From Octopus bimaculoides (lineage: Eukaryota): a stretch of DNA of 64,000 nucleotides. The position numbers were made by a program, and so were the translations under genes. Position 1 is the first letter of the stretch. Each line of letters opens with the position of its first letter. This document shows positions 36,480 to 49,200 of this stretch, piece after piece. Below the pieces are notes generated by a model. That model did not search any database and had not been told where the DNA came from. It worked only from the letters and a program-made list of their open reading frames with translations. The stretch covers positions 73,322,362 through 73,386,361 of the forward strand of contig NC_068988.1 in NCBI RefSeq assembly GCF_001194135.2. Direction: 5' to 3'.

Positions 36480-36705
36480 GTGTGCGTTTGTGTCTGTTTG
36501 TTTCCCCACCAGCATTGCTTCACAACGGATGTAGGTGTGTTTGTGTTCCTGTAACTTAGCTGTTCAGTAGAAGAGACTGATAGAATAAGCACCCGGCTTA
36601 CAAGGAATATGTCCAGGGTTTGATTTCTTTGATTAAGGTGTGGTGCTCCAGCATGGCCACTGTGAAATGACTGAACCAAGTAAAAGAATAAAAGAATACA
36701 AGAAA
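36480..36705 (+). mobile_element. SINE family A 3' module
   Basis: GTGTCTGTTTGTTTCCCC...GGTGCTCCAGCATGGCCAC...GACTGAA. Confidence 0.8.
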
Positions 36706-36864
36706 AACGTTCCGGACCACTAAACCAAGAGGTTATTTTGAATATGCATGATGTATTTTAAGGCTAATCAGTAATTTTTTTTACATTTGCATAACTGAGT
36801 TATTTTGGTTTGATTATATAATTATTGGATTTACACTTCTTTCTATAACTGTCACAATATACTT

Positions 36865-37075
36865 TTCTACTATAGGCACAAGTCCTGAAATTTTTTGCGG
36901 GAGGCAGCCAGTCGATGAAATGGATCCGTACGCAACTGGTACTTAATTTATTGACTCCAAAAGGATGAAAGGCAAAGTCAACCTTGGCAGAATTTGAACT
37001 CAGAACGTAAAGACAGATGAAATACCGCTAAGCATTTCACCCAGCTTGCTAATGTTTCTACCAGCTCGTCGCCTT
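36865..37075 (-). mobile_element. SINE family B
   Basis: Homologous to 29722-29952. Confidence 0.85.
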
Positions 37076-37699
37076 TAATTGTCACAATATAGAAACATTT
37101 CTCATGGCACCAGCACATAACTTACAGATGCTTACATGTTTTGTGTTTTGCTTGAATTTTTCTCGGGTCCAGCTAGTTATTACTATTCTGCATCTTTGTA
37201 CTTCGAAACATCCCCTACTACCCCACTCATTCTCACACAACTTGTACCTTGAAGGTCTACCCTGACACCTCATCACCTTTATTTTTAACACTTTCCATCC
37301 CCACCCTATCACTCTCACTTGCTCTTCTAAAATGTGAATAGTCATGTGGCTCCTCTACAGCAAGAAACCTGTTCCGCTCTGACCTTTTTCTCTCATACTT
37401 TGTCCCTCTCTCTCTTCCTCATCTCTTTACATAAAGTTGCTTAGCAATCTCACTAGTGCTGGCGGCATGAAGAAAGCACCCAGTACATATTATAGATTGA
37501 CTGATCTTAGAAAGGGCACCCAACTACAGAAACCATGCTAGAGTAGACAACAGAGCACAATGCAGTTGTTAGTACAGAACAGTGGAAATAGAGGAGATGA
37601 ACACAAGAAGGACTGCCAATAGCAGAATGGGAATATGTACAGGGTAAAAGTGGAGGTCAAAGGGCGCTCAGTGGAAAATAAGGTAGTACACAAACACAC

Positions 37700-38460
37700 T
37701 CTCTCTCTCACTGGATAATCATGTACCTCCTGTATAGTAAGACACCTATTTTTGCCTCTCTATTTCTCTATCACACTGTAACCTTTCATCTGACACCGGA
37801 TCACTTCTGCCAATGCCCACTCCATTATAGCAAGACACCTGTTTCTGCCTCTCTTTCACGCTCTAACCTTTCATCCTCTGACACAAGTTCCCTTTCTCAA
37901 ATTCCCCTGCCCTTCTCAAAATTCCTTGTCTTGCAAGTCACTTGATGACCCTACCAATGCTGGTGCTACATAAAAAGCATCCAGTTCTCACTGTAAAGTG
38001 GTTGGCATTTGGAAGGAAATCCAGCTGTAAAAATCATGCTGAAACTAACCTTGCTTGTGCTAGTGTCACATAAAAAGCACTGAGCCCACTCTGCAGAGTG
38101 GTTGGTGTTAGGAAGGGCATTCAGCCATAAAACCCTGCCAAAACAGATACAGTAGCCTGGGGCAGTTTTCTGCTTGGCCAGCTCCTGTCTATGCATGCAT
38201 GGAAAATAGATGTTAAACGATGATGATGATGAGGATATATATGACATCCAGCAATAAAAACCATGCCAAAACTGATCTCATCTGTGCTGGTGCCACAAAA
38301 AGTACTCAGTCCACTCTGCGGGGTGGTTGGTGTTAGGATGGGCATCCACCCATATAAACACTGCCAAAACACAGTAGCCTGGTGTAGTCTTCTGTCTGGC
38401 CAAACCATCCAACCCACACCAGCATGGAAGGTGGGCATTAAATGATGATGATGATGATGA
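37700..38460 (+). repeat. Two tandem RTE-type 3' tails ending in (GAT)n
   Basis: GGTTGGTGTTAGGAAGGGCAT...CATGGAA...(TGA)n twice (ends near 38230 and 38460). Confidence 0.75.
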
Positions 38461-38619
38461 TATAACAATTACAATCAATATGAAGACTGGTATATCTACA
38501 GATTAAAAATTCTTTTTACAGTTAATTATACAGTATAATTTGTTTTGGTATGATCAATGCATGTTTCTGCTGCATAGAGAATTAACAGTTGCATCCACCT
38601 ATTTTCAACTATGCACCTT

Positions 38620-39750
38620 TATTCAAGGTCTGTACACAAATGTGGTTTGAAGTGAACTGATTTATTTATGCATGCCTAACATATTTTGCAAGGTTACTAT
38701 GGTTTTAGATAGAAAAAACGAAAGAGAGGGGAAGATATAGAAACTTGTTATGGCTATAAAAATTACTTCATGTTTGACCTCATCTCAATCTCAGGTTTAA
38801 GGATGAAATTGAGAGCCCTCAACACTGAAGTAGGTCAAAATAGATCTATGATCATGGTTGCTACCATTAGGAGTACTACTATTACTAATATTTCTAACTA
38901 CTTTATTGCTGTCTCCAGCTTTCTGGAATTCAAATAGTCTCCTAGTATTATGTGCCACTATAATTTGTGCCAAGTTATTCCTTGTAGAGTAGGCCAGTCT
39001 GATATTGCATCTATTAAGGATTTTATGGTATTTGTTCAATTTAGAAAAATGTTTATCAATAGTGGCAAAAAATTTTCATGGAATATTAGAAACTATTTGT
39101 CTACCGAATACAGCTTTATACTACAATGTAGCCCTCGATTTATTATTTCTATTATTATTAGGAGTTGGTTTGACTTTGTGAGAGCAATTCTTGCTACTGC
39201 AGTGTTTATCCTTGGTCTTAATATTATTATCCTTGTTTGTATTATCCGTACTCTGTGTATTCTTATTTCTGAAGGGGATTTTCCTATTTTTGATGTCTGG
39301 TTTACTATTGCTTATGCTATTATTTTTACTTGGGGGTTTAACAACATTTTCCTTAGCATATTTGTCTATATTATTGCTTAAGTTGTACACTTTCTGCTTA
39401 ACTCCACTATTGCTATTCCAAGCACTTTCTCCTTGTTTCACTATACTCTTAGTTACTATTACCGTTCCTTGTGTTATTAACTTTGTTTCGGGTTCCATTC
39501 ATATTTATATTCATCCCAGTTTGGTTCCCAGGTCTATATACGAATCTATCCTTAAAAATTGCTTCTAACACATTGTTATATTTTTTTTTTGTTTTTCCTA
39601 AAAATCTCATTTGCTGATAGTCTAGAGATGTGGGTAGAAATGTTATTGACTATAGATTGTTACTTTTGGGGTGATTACTGTTAAAATTGAGATACTTGGA
39701 GTTGTCAGTGGGTTAATGGTATGGTTGGTATACACCCATAGATAAATCTA
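38620..39750 (-). mobile_element. Penelope-like element fragment (RT C-terminus, N/K-rich linker, internally deleted GIY-YIG)
   Basis: PTDNSKYLNFNSNHPKK*QSIVNNISTHISRLSANEIF, then KFFATIDKHFSKLNKYHKILNRCNIRLAYS...IIVAHN, then a degenerate GIY-YIG end. Confidence 0.8.
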
Positions 39751-40395
39751 AGGTAACAATCCAAGAAATTAACTATGCTATGAGCTTCCTCTGTGGAGTA
39801 TATATAGATACATATGCTTGTATGATATCATGATATACATAAATAGACATGTGTATACACACATATAAGTACATGTATGCATACACACACACACACAAAT
39901 AAGTAAATAGTTGCATGCACATACACAGGTATATATAAACAAATAGACACACACAATACATACACACACACAATACATACACACACACATTTCAGTTGCT
40001 TCCTCAGCTCTGAGTGCAATGTTTCTTATAGCAGAAATAGCTATAAGCTAATGAATGTGATTATCTGATTCTTGTGTTATTCAGAAACTTGCTTCTCAAA
40101 CTACATGGTTTTGGGTTCTGTCCCACTGTGGCTAGTGTCTTCTACTATATAGCTCCATGCTAACCAAAGTCTTGCAAGTGAATTTGGTAGGTAGAAACGG
40201 AAAAACGCCTATCTTAGTAGTAGATATTATTTTATCATAAATCATATTATTATTGATTTAGTCATTGTTTAATACTTCTAACAATATACACATCTATTCA
40301 AATATCCCAATAACTTCCTATACATTATCATCATTATAATAAGCTCTGTTATCTAAACTAAACTTTGATTGTATATATGGTGTTGTGTATACATA

Positions 40396-41255
40396 CAAGG
40401 TGTTTAAAAAAATTTGACATCATTTCGCAATCTAATAACTTTACCAGTTCTTGTTCAAATGACTTCAAATTTTAACAGCATGTGTAGAAATGGTTTAAAA
40501 TTTTACGTTTAATGTTTGATATGTTTATCTTTTCAGGTATAGAAATGGGCATTCACTGGAAGAGAAAGGGTGTTTTGTTTGTTGAAGTATGCTTGAATAC
40601 AGTCGAGCAAGACTGTGCAGTGTGCATTTGTGAGAGAGTTCTCTTAAAAGTCACCAACAGCAATGCAGATTTGGAAATGGCACAAAAAATTCAAAGAGGA
40701 AGGCTGTCTGCGCAGGGAAAAAGGATCTGGACAACCACTAACATCAGAAGAGATGGTCGAGCAGACTTGCCAAATACTTTTGTGAAGCCCCAAGAAGTCC
40801 ATAAGAACTAGTCTGGAAACCCAGCTTCCTCCGACAGTTTGGTACAAACCGTACAAGCTGCAGCTCGTTCAGGTCATAACAGCAGATGACAAGTGAAAAC
40901 GCTAACAATTCTGTGTTGATATGCAAGAGAAACTTGAAGAAGCCAAGTTCAAGGAATGTCTTGTTTTCAGTGATGAGGCCACATTTCATATGAATGGCAA
41001 AGTCAAGACATGCTGCAGTGTGTTTGGGAGGAGCAGGACTACTGACATGACATATACCATGTCTCAGGTGTTGTGCATATTGAATATTTGTGAAATTGTT
41101 CATGGAATCCACATACTTTTGAATTTCTCATTCAAATTTGGAGGAATAAATCTTATGTTGCTCAACATTAAACCTGTTTAGTTTCATTTGCTTTGACTAT
41201 GTAGTTTCTGTGATATTTACATCTCAAATGATATCAAATTTTTTGAAACACCCTG
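40396..41255 (+). mobile_element. Tc1/mariner element, internally deleted, both TIRs
   Basis: TA|CAAGGTGTTTAAAAAAATTTGACATCATTT ... AAATGATATCAAATTTTTTGAAACACCCTG|TA; transposase remnant CLVFSDEATFHMNGKV. Confidence 0.85.
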
Positions 41256-42065
41256 TATGTCTATATGTGTCTATGTATATATACCTGCATGTGTCACTCA
41301 CAAAGGTTTTTAAACAAAAGAACATAAAGATAAGTAAACTTTCATTTCACATTTCTAAAAATATTCAGACAGTGGGTATTTCTAAGGAAAACTACGCTCA
41401 GTTTACCAGCTGATGTTCGGCAAGGAATAACTCTTTCTCTATAAATCTATGCATGTGCACATGCACACACACACATACATACACAGTGTGTGTGTGCATT
41501 TTTATCTCCTTGTGATTGTTGTAAATTAATGTCATTCATTTATAATATTCTAAAAAAACTTGTCTGTCTATGGAGAAATATTACCATTCTTGGAAACAAG
41601 TAAGGGTTGACAACAGGAAGGATATCCAACCACAGAAAATTTGCCTTAATAAACTCTGAGTCACCCAAGCAAGCAAAAAAAAGTGGATGCTAAAACAATG
41701 AAGATGATTATGGTATTTATATATCATCATTTAACATCCCATTTTCCATGCTGGCATGGGCTGGATAGTTTGACAAGAACCATTAAGCTAGAGAATTCCA
41801 TCAGATTCTATGTCTGCTTTATATTAATGAAAGAAACAGCATTGGTCTAGAATAGCATTCTTATATCTTACTTAAGGTGGATATACTATAGAAGGCCACT
41901 AAACTGCAGTATTCATACCTGAGAAATCCTCTCTTATAGATGTATAGTGTGAACAAACACAATGCTAAACAATTTTGATCTTAGCACAATACATCTATAC
42001 AAGAGGATTTCTCAAGATGAATACAGCAGTTTTGCTGCTTCTATAGTATATCCATAAGATATACA

Positions 42066-42106
<41 letters not shown>

Positions 42107-42108
<2 letters not shown>

Positions 42109-42480
42109 CACTGGCATGGCTGTGTGGTAAGAAGCTTGCTTCTGGGTTCAGTTCTACTATGTGGCACTTTGGAAAAATGTCTTCTACTAAAGACCTAGGC
42201 CAACCAATGCTCTTCAAGTGAATTTGGGAAATGGAAACTGTGGAAGCTTGTCAGATATACATATAAAAGTGTGTATTTGTGATTTGTGTTTGTCTTCACA
42301 ACTGCTCAACATCTGGTGTTGGTTTGTTTATGTCCCTGTGAGCGAATGGTTCATCAAGAGACTGATAGAATAAGTACCAGACTTTAAAAAAAGTTGATTT
42401 GTTTGACTAAGCTTTTCAAGACAGTACCCCGGCATGGCCACGATCCATTGAGTGAAATCAGTAAAAGATAAAAGATGGAA
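42107..42480 (+). mobile_element. SINE family A, diverged full-length copy
   Basis: GGCACTGGCATGGCTGTGTGGT head through CGGCATGGCCACG tail. Confidence 0.8.
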
Positions 42481-42857
42481 GATAAGTTTCAGATAGGAAA
42501 AGTAAATGGAGAAATGACTGTTATTGGAAAATAAATAAATTTAGTAATAATAAAAAATGATGTATTGGGGATGTGAGTCAGAAAATGGAAGGGTTAGAGA
42601 TCCAATATAATAGATCCTGGATTCAAATTTTTTAAGATAATGTTTACATCAAAGACAACTTTACTTCAAAGCTTTCATACTTTTAGATGATAATGCAACA
42701 CATACATACATACAATAATAACAACATCAATATTTTTTTAAACAATTTCACCAGTGAATTTTATACATAAATAATTGAAATAGTATATTATAAGTTACAA
42801 ATTTGTTGCCAGCATAGAGGTTAGATACTTCATAAATTGCCCATATGTTGTTTTCAG

Positions 42858-43124
42858 TTAATGGGGATCATTTCTTCCAAGAATAGTCTTAGGAAAATCT
42901 ACTTTAGACTTCAAACTTGCTACATTAGTACTATCACTGGAGATGATTTCTTCTAAATTTCTTTCATTTCTGCTTTCCTGGATGGTCACAGATCTGCCAA
43001 GAGCACTTGTATTCTTACCAAACTTGCTTTCAAGGTTGTAACCAATAAATCCAACAGTTGCAGCAATTGGCCATGTTATATAAACTGCATATGTCCGAGC
43101 AAAATGTACAATCAATGGCCACAT
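42858..43124 (-). CDS. SMIM12: Small integral membrane protein 12 (UPF0767 family), 88 aa, single coding exon
   Basis: Intact ORF MWPLIVHFARTYAVYITWPIAATVGFIGYNLE...ERNLEE...VASLKSKVDF.PKTILGRN matches the recalled SMIM12 pattern (MWP...[23 protein letters not shown]...VVSLKDKLEFAPKAVLNRN); splice acceptor TTTTATTTTGCAG about 25 nt upstream of ATG (AG at 43151-43150). Confidence 0.92.
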   Translation of the reverse strand: MWPLIVHFARTYAVYITWPIAATVGFIGYNLESKFGKNTSALGRSVTIQESRNERNLEEIISSDSTNVASLKSKVDFPKTILGRNDPH

Positions 43125-43659
43125 CCCAGCACTAAAAGATGTTACAGATCTGCAAAATAAAATTTACTTTGATGAATAATTTATTGAATTTCTTCTTTTT
43201 GCAACCACAGTGAATGTCTGCAAGTAAACCATACACGATGGTATTGCAATGGCCAGTCAGACCAAATCAGTGTTAATAATTGAAGTCATTGAATACACAC
43301 TTTGTAGTATATAAATATTAAAAACAAAAAAACAAAGCAACAAATGGATCAGCTAGAATGCCAAAAAAAAGTATTCCACCAGAGGAGAACTTAAAAAGTT
43401 AAATTTTATTTAGTTAATGTAACTAACATAATTACATAGTGAAAGTGGTAACACAGAGACTGAATAATGTATACATTTCACCGTCTATACTTTATTGTTT
43501 TAAAGTGATTGTTTAATTTAAAAGATTACATGTTAAAATGTGAAAATAACAGCACACACTAATAGTTTTTAAAAATCTTCAGTTAACACTTAAAATAAAA
43601 ATATGGATGTGAAAAACTTAAAATAAATGTCACAGAATTTTCTAAGAATAACTGTAGTC

Positions 43660-44780
43660 ATTAGGAATTATGATGCCTTTGAGAGAAGCATTAAATTTTG
43701 AAGAAAGATGAAAGCTCAATAACTGAAAATACCAAATAGTATATCATCTTTAATTGGAAAGAAAGCCCACTATCCAGAACTGGTGTAAGAGTTGGCTGAA
43801 GTAGTGGAGAAGAAGAGGCAAAATGACTGTATTGTAAAAACACTGCTTCTAAAAATGAGAAACATGAGTTAGTTTAACCTCTCTATTTTCAAATGAAAGG
43901 TGCCAGAGATTTTTCAAAAGACTTTTTTTAGCTTTACATCAGGAATCATAAATTTCACAGAAGCTTGTACTTAAATCATGGTTTTATAATAAACTGAGAA
44001 AGTAGAATGACTTTGAACTGAGTAAAATTGGGAACTCATTATTTATGACAAGCTAGGGATCAGAACACAAAATAAGAACTAAAGCTGTTAGAGCAACAAG
44101 AAATAAAAAATCAACATTTTACTACAGTTTTGTGTTTCCTAGCCAATGAAACCTAGCTAAATCTCATGGTTATTTTAAAAAGAAGCATATTCCAAGATGT
44201 AAAAAAGATTTATTTCTGGAATTATTCCTCAGTGCCTTCCTACAGTATAGATGAATGGGAAAAGTCTCGGAATATGGCTGAGAAATGAATGGAATAAACA
44301 GCCCAGAACACTTTTAAAGAAACCTGTAATGTTGGTATGGGACCAGTTTAGAGTTCACCTTACTGAGCCAATGGAACACATCTTAAAAGATATGAAAACT
44401 CAAGCTGTAATCCCCTGTAGTTTGAAGAATGCTCTTCAACTCATTGATTTTTGGATATCATGGATGTCAACTGAAGTACAAATAGGAGGTAGCCTCAAAA
44501 AGCCTGGCTTTGCTATTAATGTAGCTGGATTGAAAGTAGCTTGAAATATTTTACTAGAACAAATGGTTTCCAAGAGGTTTTTAAAGACTGGCATTGATAA
44601 TAAATTAGATGAAACAGAAGATAACCTACTGTAGCAGAAAACAAGGCCTTACACTACTGTGGAATGATCAAGATGCAACTACAAACACCACTGCAAATTT
44701 AGATGAAGATGAGGTGATAAGATCGGACAGATATTTGAAGAATCAGATGAATAAGACATTGATGGCTTTTAAGAGATAAA
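43660..44780 (+). mobile_element. pogo/Tigger-like (CENP-B HTH + DDE_1) transposase remnant
   Basis: AHYPEL...ELAEVV (HTH CENP-B-like) and MNGKSLGIWLRNEWNKQP...MLVWDQFRVHLTE...AVIPCSL; heavily decayed. Confidence 0.7.
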
Positions 44781-45379
44781 TTCATTTCATAAACAATAAC
44801 CCTCTATTAAACCTGTGCTTCAGCCTATGTAAAGCAAATGTTAAGAAAAAGCAAGAATCAAACCAGTTTGAATATTCATGTTGTTTCTTTTGTTTTAAAA
44901 TTTGCAGCAGTATTACTTTGGTTTCTTTAAAATAGTATAAATAACCATGGTTGCATTCAGGGATTACATCACATAACAGGATAGAATATATTACATATTT
45001 TTAACTTTAAAAAGTGAGAGTCAACCTTGCTTCTGTACCATAAGACTTGCATACCCTTGCCCCTCCTTCCCTGCCACCAACAATCACCCACACTACTGCA
45101 TGCACCAAAAGGTGATATGTTACTTAGGAAATTATTAGTAAATTAACAAACCTCTGTCTCTCTATATATAATGGACTAACCAATAGCAGATTATTTATAT
45201 AATTAATTAATTTATACATTGACCTATTTATATTTGCAGCAGTAATGCTTATATTTAAAATGCAACTCACTACCAATAGGGACAACAATTTTACCATGTT
45301 CAAATGATGGTAGGTTAAAGTGAGACCAACTAACATGACATGTCTGTTACCAAGTGATCACTGAAACCTTTCTTTTCAG

Positions 45380-48030
45380 GTGCCCAACACCATCTTTCCT
45401 GCCCATGTTCCTTCACGCATCCCTTAACCAGTTCTCAGGGTTGGGACTGTCAACGTAGACACATTGAAAATAGGTCTAGCAAGATTGTTGAGCTGCTTGA
45501 ATGGAGGTGTGTTGATGTATGCTGTATCCAAGAGGTAAGGTGGAGAGGAGCTTCAGCCAGGTTCCTCACAGGCAAGACACATAGAAGTATAAAATCTTCT
45601 GAGAAGATAACATTGACACGGTAGGCAATGTGGGCATACTTCTTGCAGAGAAATGGGTGGATAATGTCATAGAGGTAGTCAGAGTGAGAGATAGAGTGCT
45701 TAAGCTCAAGCTAGTCTTGCAGAATAGCATAGTGTCAATTATCTCTGCCTATGCCCCACAAGCCGGCCTACCAAATGAACAGAAGGACCATTTTTATGAT
45801 ATTCTTCTGCATGCTACCTCTAAGATGAATGACAAGAATTTCATCTTCATGGCTGGGGACTTCAATGAGCATGTCGGACAGCAACCTGGTATTTTCCATG
45901 GTGTACATGGGGGCCATGGAATTGGTTCCTGAAACAAAGGGGTAACAAGGCAACTGGAGTTCTGTGATTTAAATAACCTATCGATCTGCAACACCAACTT
46001 CAGGAAGCTGACCAGCCACCTGATAACCTACCAATCAGGTGGCTACACTAGCCAGATTGATTACATCCTCACCAGGCAGCAGGATGCATAGTTGGTCTTA
46101 AATACAAAGACCCTCCCTGGTGAAGAATGTATCCCCCAGTATAGACTAGTCGTTAGTGATTTTAGACACTAGGCCAGAAGGATGCCAAGAAGCAGAGCAA
46201 TCTGGAAAAGTCGGATTTGGAAGCTTAAGATTTCAGAACATCCTAATTGAAAAATTTGATGAGAGAGGAGGAGGAGCTACAAATTTGTGACATAGAGGGT
46301 AACTGAGAATTCCTGCGGGACAGATGGCTAAATGCCACAGACCAAATCTGTGGGTGGTGCAAAGTCCCAGCCAGACCTAGGGTGAAGTGGTGGTGAAACA
46401 ATGTGGTGGACAGGGCCATTAGAGCAAAGAAATGGGCTTGGAAGGGCTGGAAGAATGGGAGTAGCAGGGAAGTGTATCAGACAGCCAGAAGGGAAGCTAG
46501 ACAGGCATGTCTAGCCAAGGCAGAAGCAGAAAAGAAGTTTGCCTATGTTCAGTGATGTGAGGACCAAAGAACAGGTGTTTTGGATTGCAAGACAGTGTGA
46601 GAGAGAAAATCATGATATCATAGGAGAGAAATGTGTCTGCATGGATGATGGTGCACTTGCTTTTAATGATTCAGCAATGAAAGAGGCTTGGAAATGCCAT
46701 TATGAATGACTGCTGAATGTGGAGAATGAATGGGAGGAGGGGAGTCTGCCAAACATTGACCTAATTGAGGGACCAGCTACCTGAATCAATAGTACCTTGG
46801 TAGATAAATTAAGGATATGAAGATAGGAAAAGCCTCTGGTCCATCAAGAATCACCACTGAGATGCTTAAAATATCTGACAGTGGGGGTTATGGTCTAGTC
46901 ACTCATATTGTAAATCAGGTGGTTTGCGAAGGAGTCATACTCAATGACTGGTGTAGCAGCACCATAGTCAACTGCTACAAATTAAAGGTGATGCCTTAGA
47001 TAGAAATAATTACAGAGGTATCCAATTGTTGGATCAGCCCAATTAATTAGGGAAAGAATTAGCCTAGATGAGATGCAGTTTGGTTTCATGCCTATCTGGT
47101 AAGACAGCTGCAGGAGAAATACATAGCAAAAGATAAACCTCTGTACTTGGTCTTTGTTGACTTAGAGAAAGTCTTTGACAGGGTCCCCTGATCCCTTATC
47201 TGGTGGTCAATGCGGAAACTAGAGATAGATGAGTGGTTGGTGAGAGCTGTATAAGCTATGTAAAGGAATGCCACCAGTTAAATGAGGGTTGGCAATGAGT
47301 ACAGCGAAGAATTCAGACTATAAGTAGGGGTTCACCAAGGATTGGTGCTCAGCCCCCTTTTGTTCATCATAGTCCTCCAGGCAATAACAGAGGAATTTAA
47401 GACAGGCTGCCCCTGGGAGCTCCTCTATGTTGATGACCTTGCTCTTATAGCTGAATCACTAACAGAACTAGAGAAGAAGTTCCAGAATTGAAGAGCCTTA
47501 TAGTTAACCAAGCAAAAGCAAAAGTCTTAGTTAACCAAAAGTCTTTGAGCCTTACAGAGGCAATGACTAATGACAGAGACCTTTGGCGATATGCTGTGCT
47601 TGAGAAGACCCGCCCCGGCAAGTGAAATTGTACTCATGGCTGATGTCAGTGTTACATAACTGGCACGTAAAGAGCACCGTTCGAGCATTGGGCCTCATTG
47701 AAGCAAAGCGGCTGAGCTCCTTTTGAGTATTGGGCCTCATGGAGGCAATGACCAAGACATTTGGGATTATGTCGTGCTTGAGAAGAAGACCCATCAAACT
47801 GAGCAAATTGCAGTTGTGGCAGATACTGGTGTCATGCAAATGGCACCCGTGCTGGTGGCACGTAAAAGCACTCATTTAACTCTTGGAGTGGTTGGCCTTA
47901 AGAAAGGCATTCAGCCATAGAAAACCATGTCAAATCAGATTGGAGTCAGGTGCAGCCTTCTAGCTTACCAGCCTTGGTCAAACCATCCAACCCATGCCAG
48001 CATGGACAATGGATGTTAAATGATGATGAT
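45380..48030 (+). mobile_element. RTE-clade LINE with APE endonuclease + RT, internal deletion, repeat-containing 3' tail
   Basis: LRVGTVNV..., CCIQEVRWRG, IISAYAPQAG, MAGDFNEHVG, QIDYIL (APE); NYRGI, FVDLEKVFDRVP, VGVHQGLVLSPLLFIIVL, LLYVDDLALI (RT); jumps to 3' tail near 47530 and ends (GAT)n. Confidence 0.92.
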
Positions 48031-48299
48031 GAGAGGGAATTAATTCAGATTCTGGGGATGAGTTATTCATCTTGACAGAAATAGTTTGAAAATAGCTACT
48101 CAATAAATTTATCTTCTTGTTCCACATGGTGATAAACATAGTTTGGTTAGCACATAAGAATTCAGTTTTTTAAAATAAAAATTATAATAATCCTTTTATT
48201 CATTTAAATTTCATTTGGCATTTATCCCTCTTCCAAATCAAAATTGTTAAAGAGGAATAAGCAATAATTATGGGAAGTTTTATTAAATCATAATCAAAG

Positions 48300-48898
48300 C
48301 CAAGTGAGACCATAAGCCAATGGTGTATAACCAGCCCACTTATGAGTACCCTTCATTCATTGGACAATAAACTTTGCTTGTGAAGACCTGTTGAGGCAAG
48401 TGAAATCAAAATTGCTGATGTGGCTGATGACAGTACCACCTGATTGGCACTCGTGCCAGTGGAATGTTAAAAGCACTATCCGAGCGTGATCGTTGCCAGG
48501 GTCACTGACTGGCTCCCATGCCGGTGGCACGTAAAAAGCATCATTTGAGTGTGATCGTTGCCAGCGTCGCCTTATTAGCACATGTGCCGGTGGCACGTGA
48601 AAAACAACATTCGAGTGTGGTCTTTGCCAGTGCCGCCAGACTGGCACCCGTGCAGGTGGCATGTTAAAACACCTTTTGAGCGTGGTCATTGCCAGTACCG
48701 CCTGACTGGCCCTTGTGCTGGTGGCACGTAGAAATACCCACTACACACTCGGAGTAGTTCGCATTAGGAAGGGCATCCGACTGTAGAAACTTTGCCAGAT
48801 CAGATTGGAGCCTGGTGCAGCCTTCTGGCTTGCCAGTCCTCAGTCAAACCGTCCGACCCATGCCAACATGGAAAGCGGATGTTAAACGACGATGATGA
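48300..48898 (+). repeat. RTE-tail-derived element with about 62-bp internal tandem array
   Basis: About 4.5 copies of GTGCCGGTGGCACGTAAAAAGCA...GAGCGTG.TCGTTGCCAG at about 48443-48740, followed by the standard tail and GTTAAACGACGATGATG. Confidence 0.8.
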
Positions 48899-49059
48899 CA
48901 TTTTATATTATGATATTTACAGTATTACATTTACCTGCGTATTATAATTGACTGCCTGAAAAATTTTCTGATCCTCCTCCACCCCCCAAAAAAAAACGTA
49001 CAGAATTAAGAAAATAATGCTTTATTTGGAACAAACTAAGTATTAGTTATAACAAAGTT

Positions 49060-49200
49060 TGTAGACATTATTAACATTTGACGGACATTTGTCCTCATCT
49101 TGTTTGTTGTTAATATGTTTCGGCTGATATACCTTCCAGCCTTCATCAGGTGTCTTGGGGAAATTTCGAACCCGAGTTCTCATTCCTAAGGTATTTTTCG
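49060..49200 (-). mobile_element. Penelope-like terminal repeat fragment with hammerhead core
   Basis: Minus strand GACAC-CUGAUGA-A-GGCUG(GAAGGUAUAU)CAGCC-GAAAC; the flanking ACATTTGACGGA.ATTTGTCCTC sequence recurs at 27165-27200. Confidence 0.6.

Noticed and set aside
48443-48740. CRISPR-like array
   Set aside because: Whole units are similar along their length with no unique spacers; embedded in a eukaryotic retroelement tail; no cas genes.
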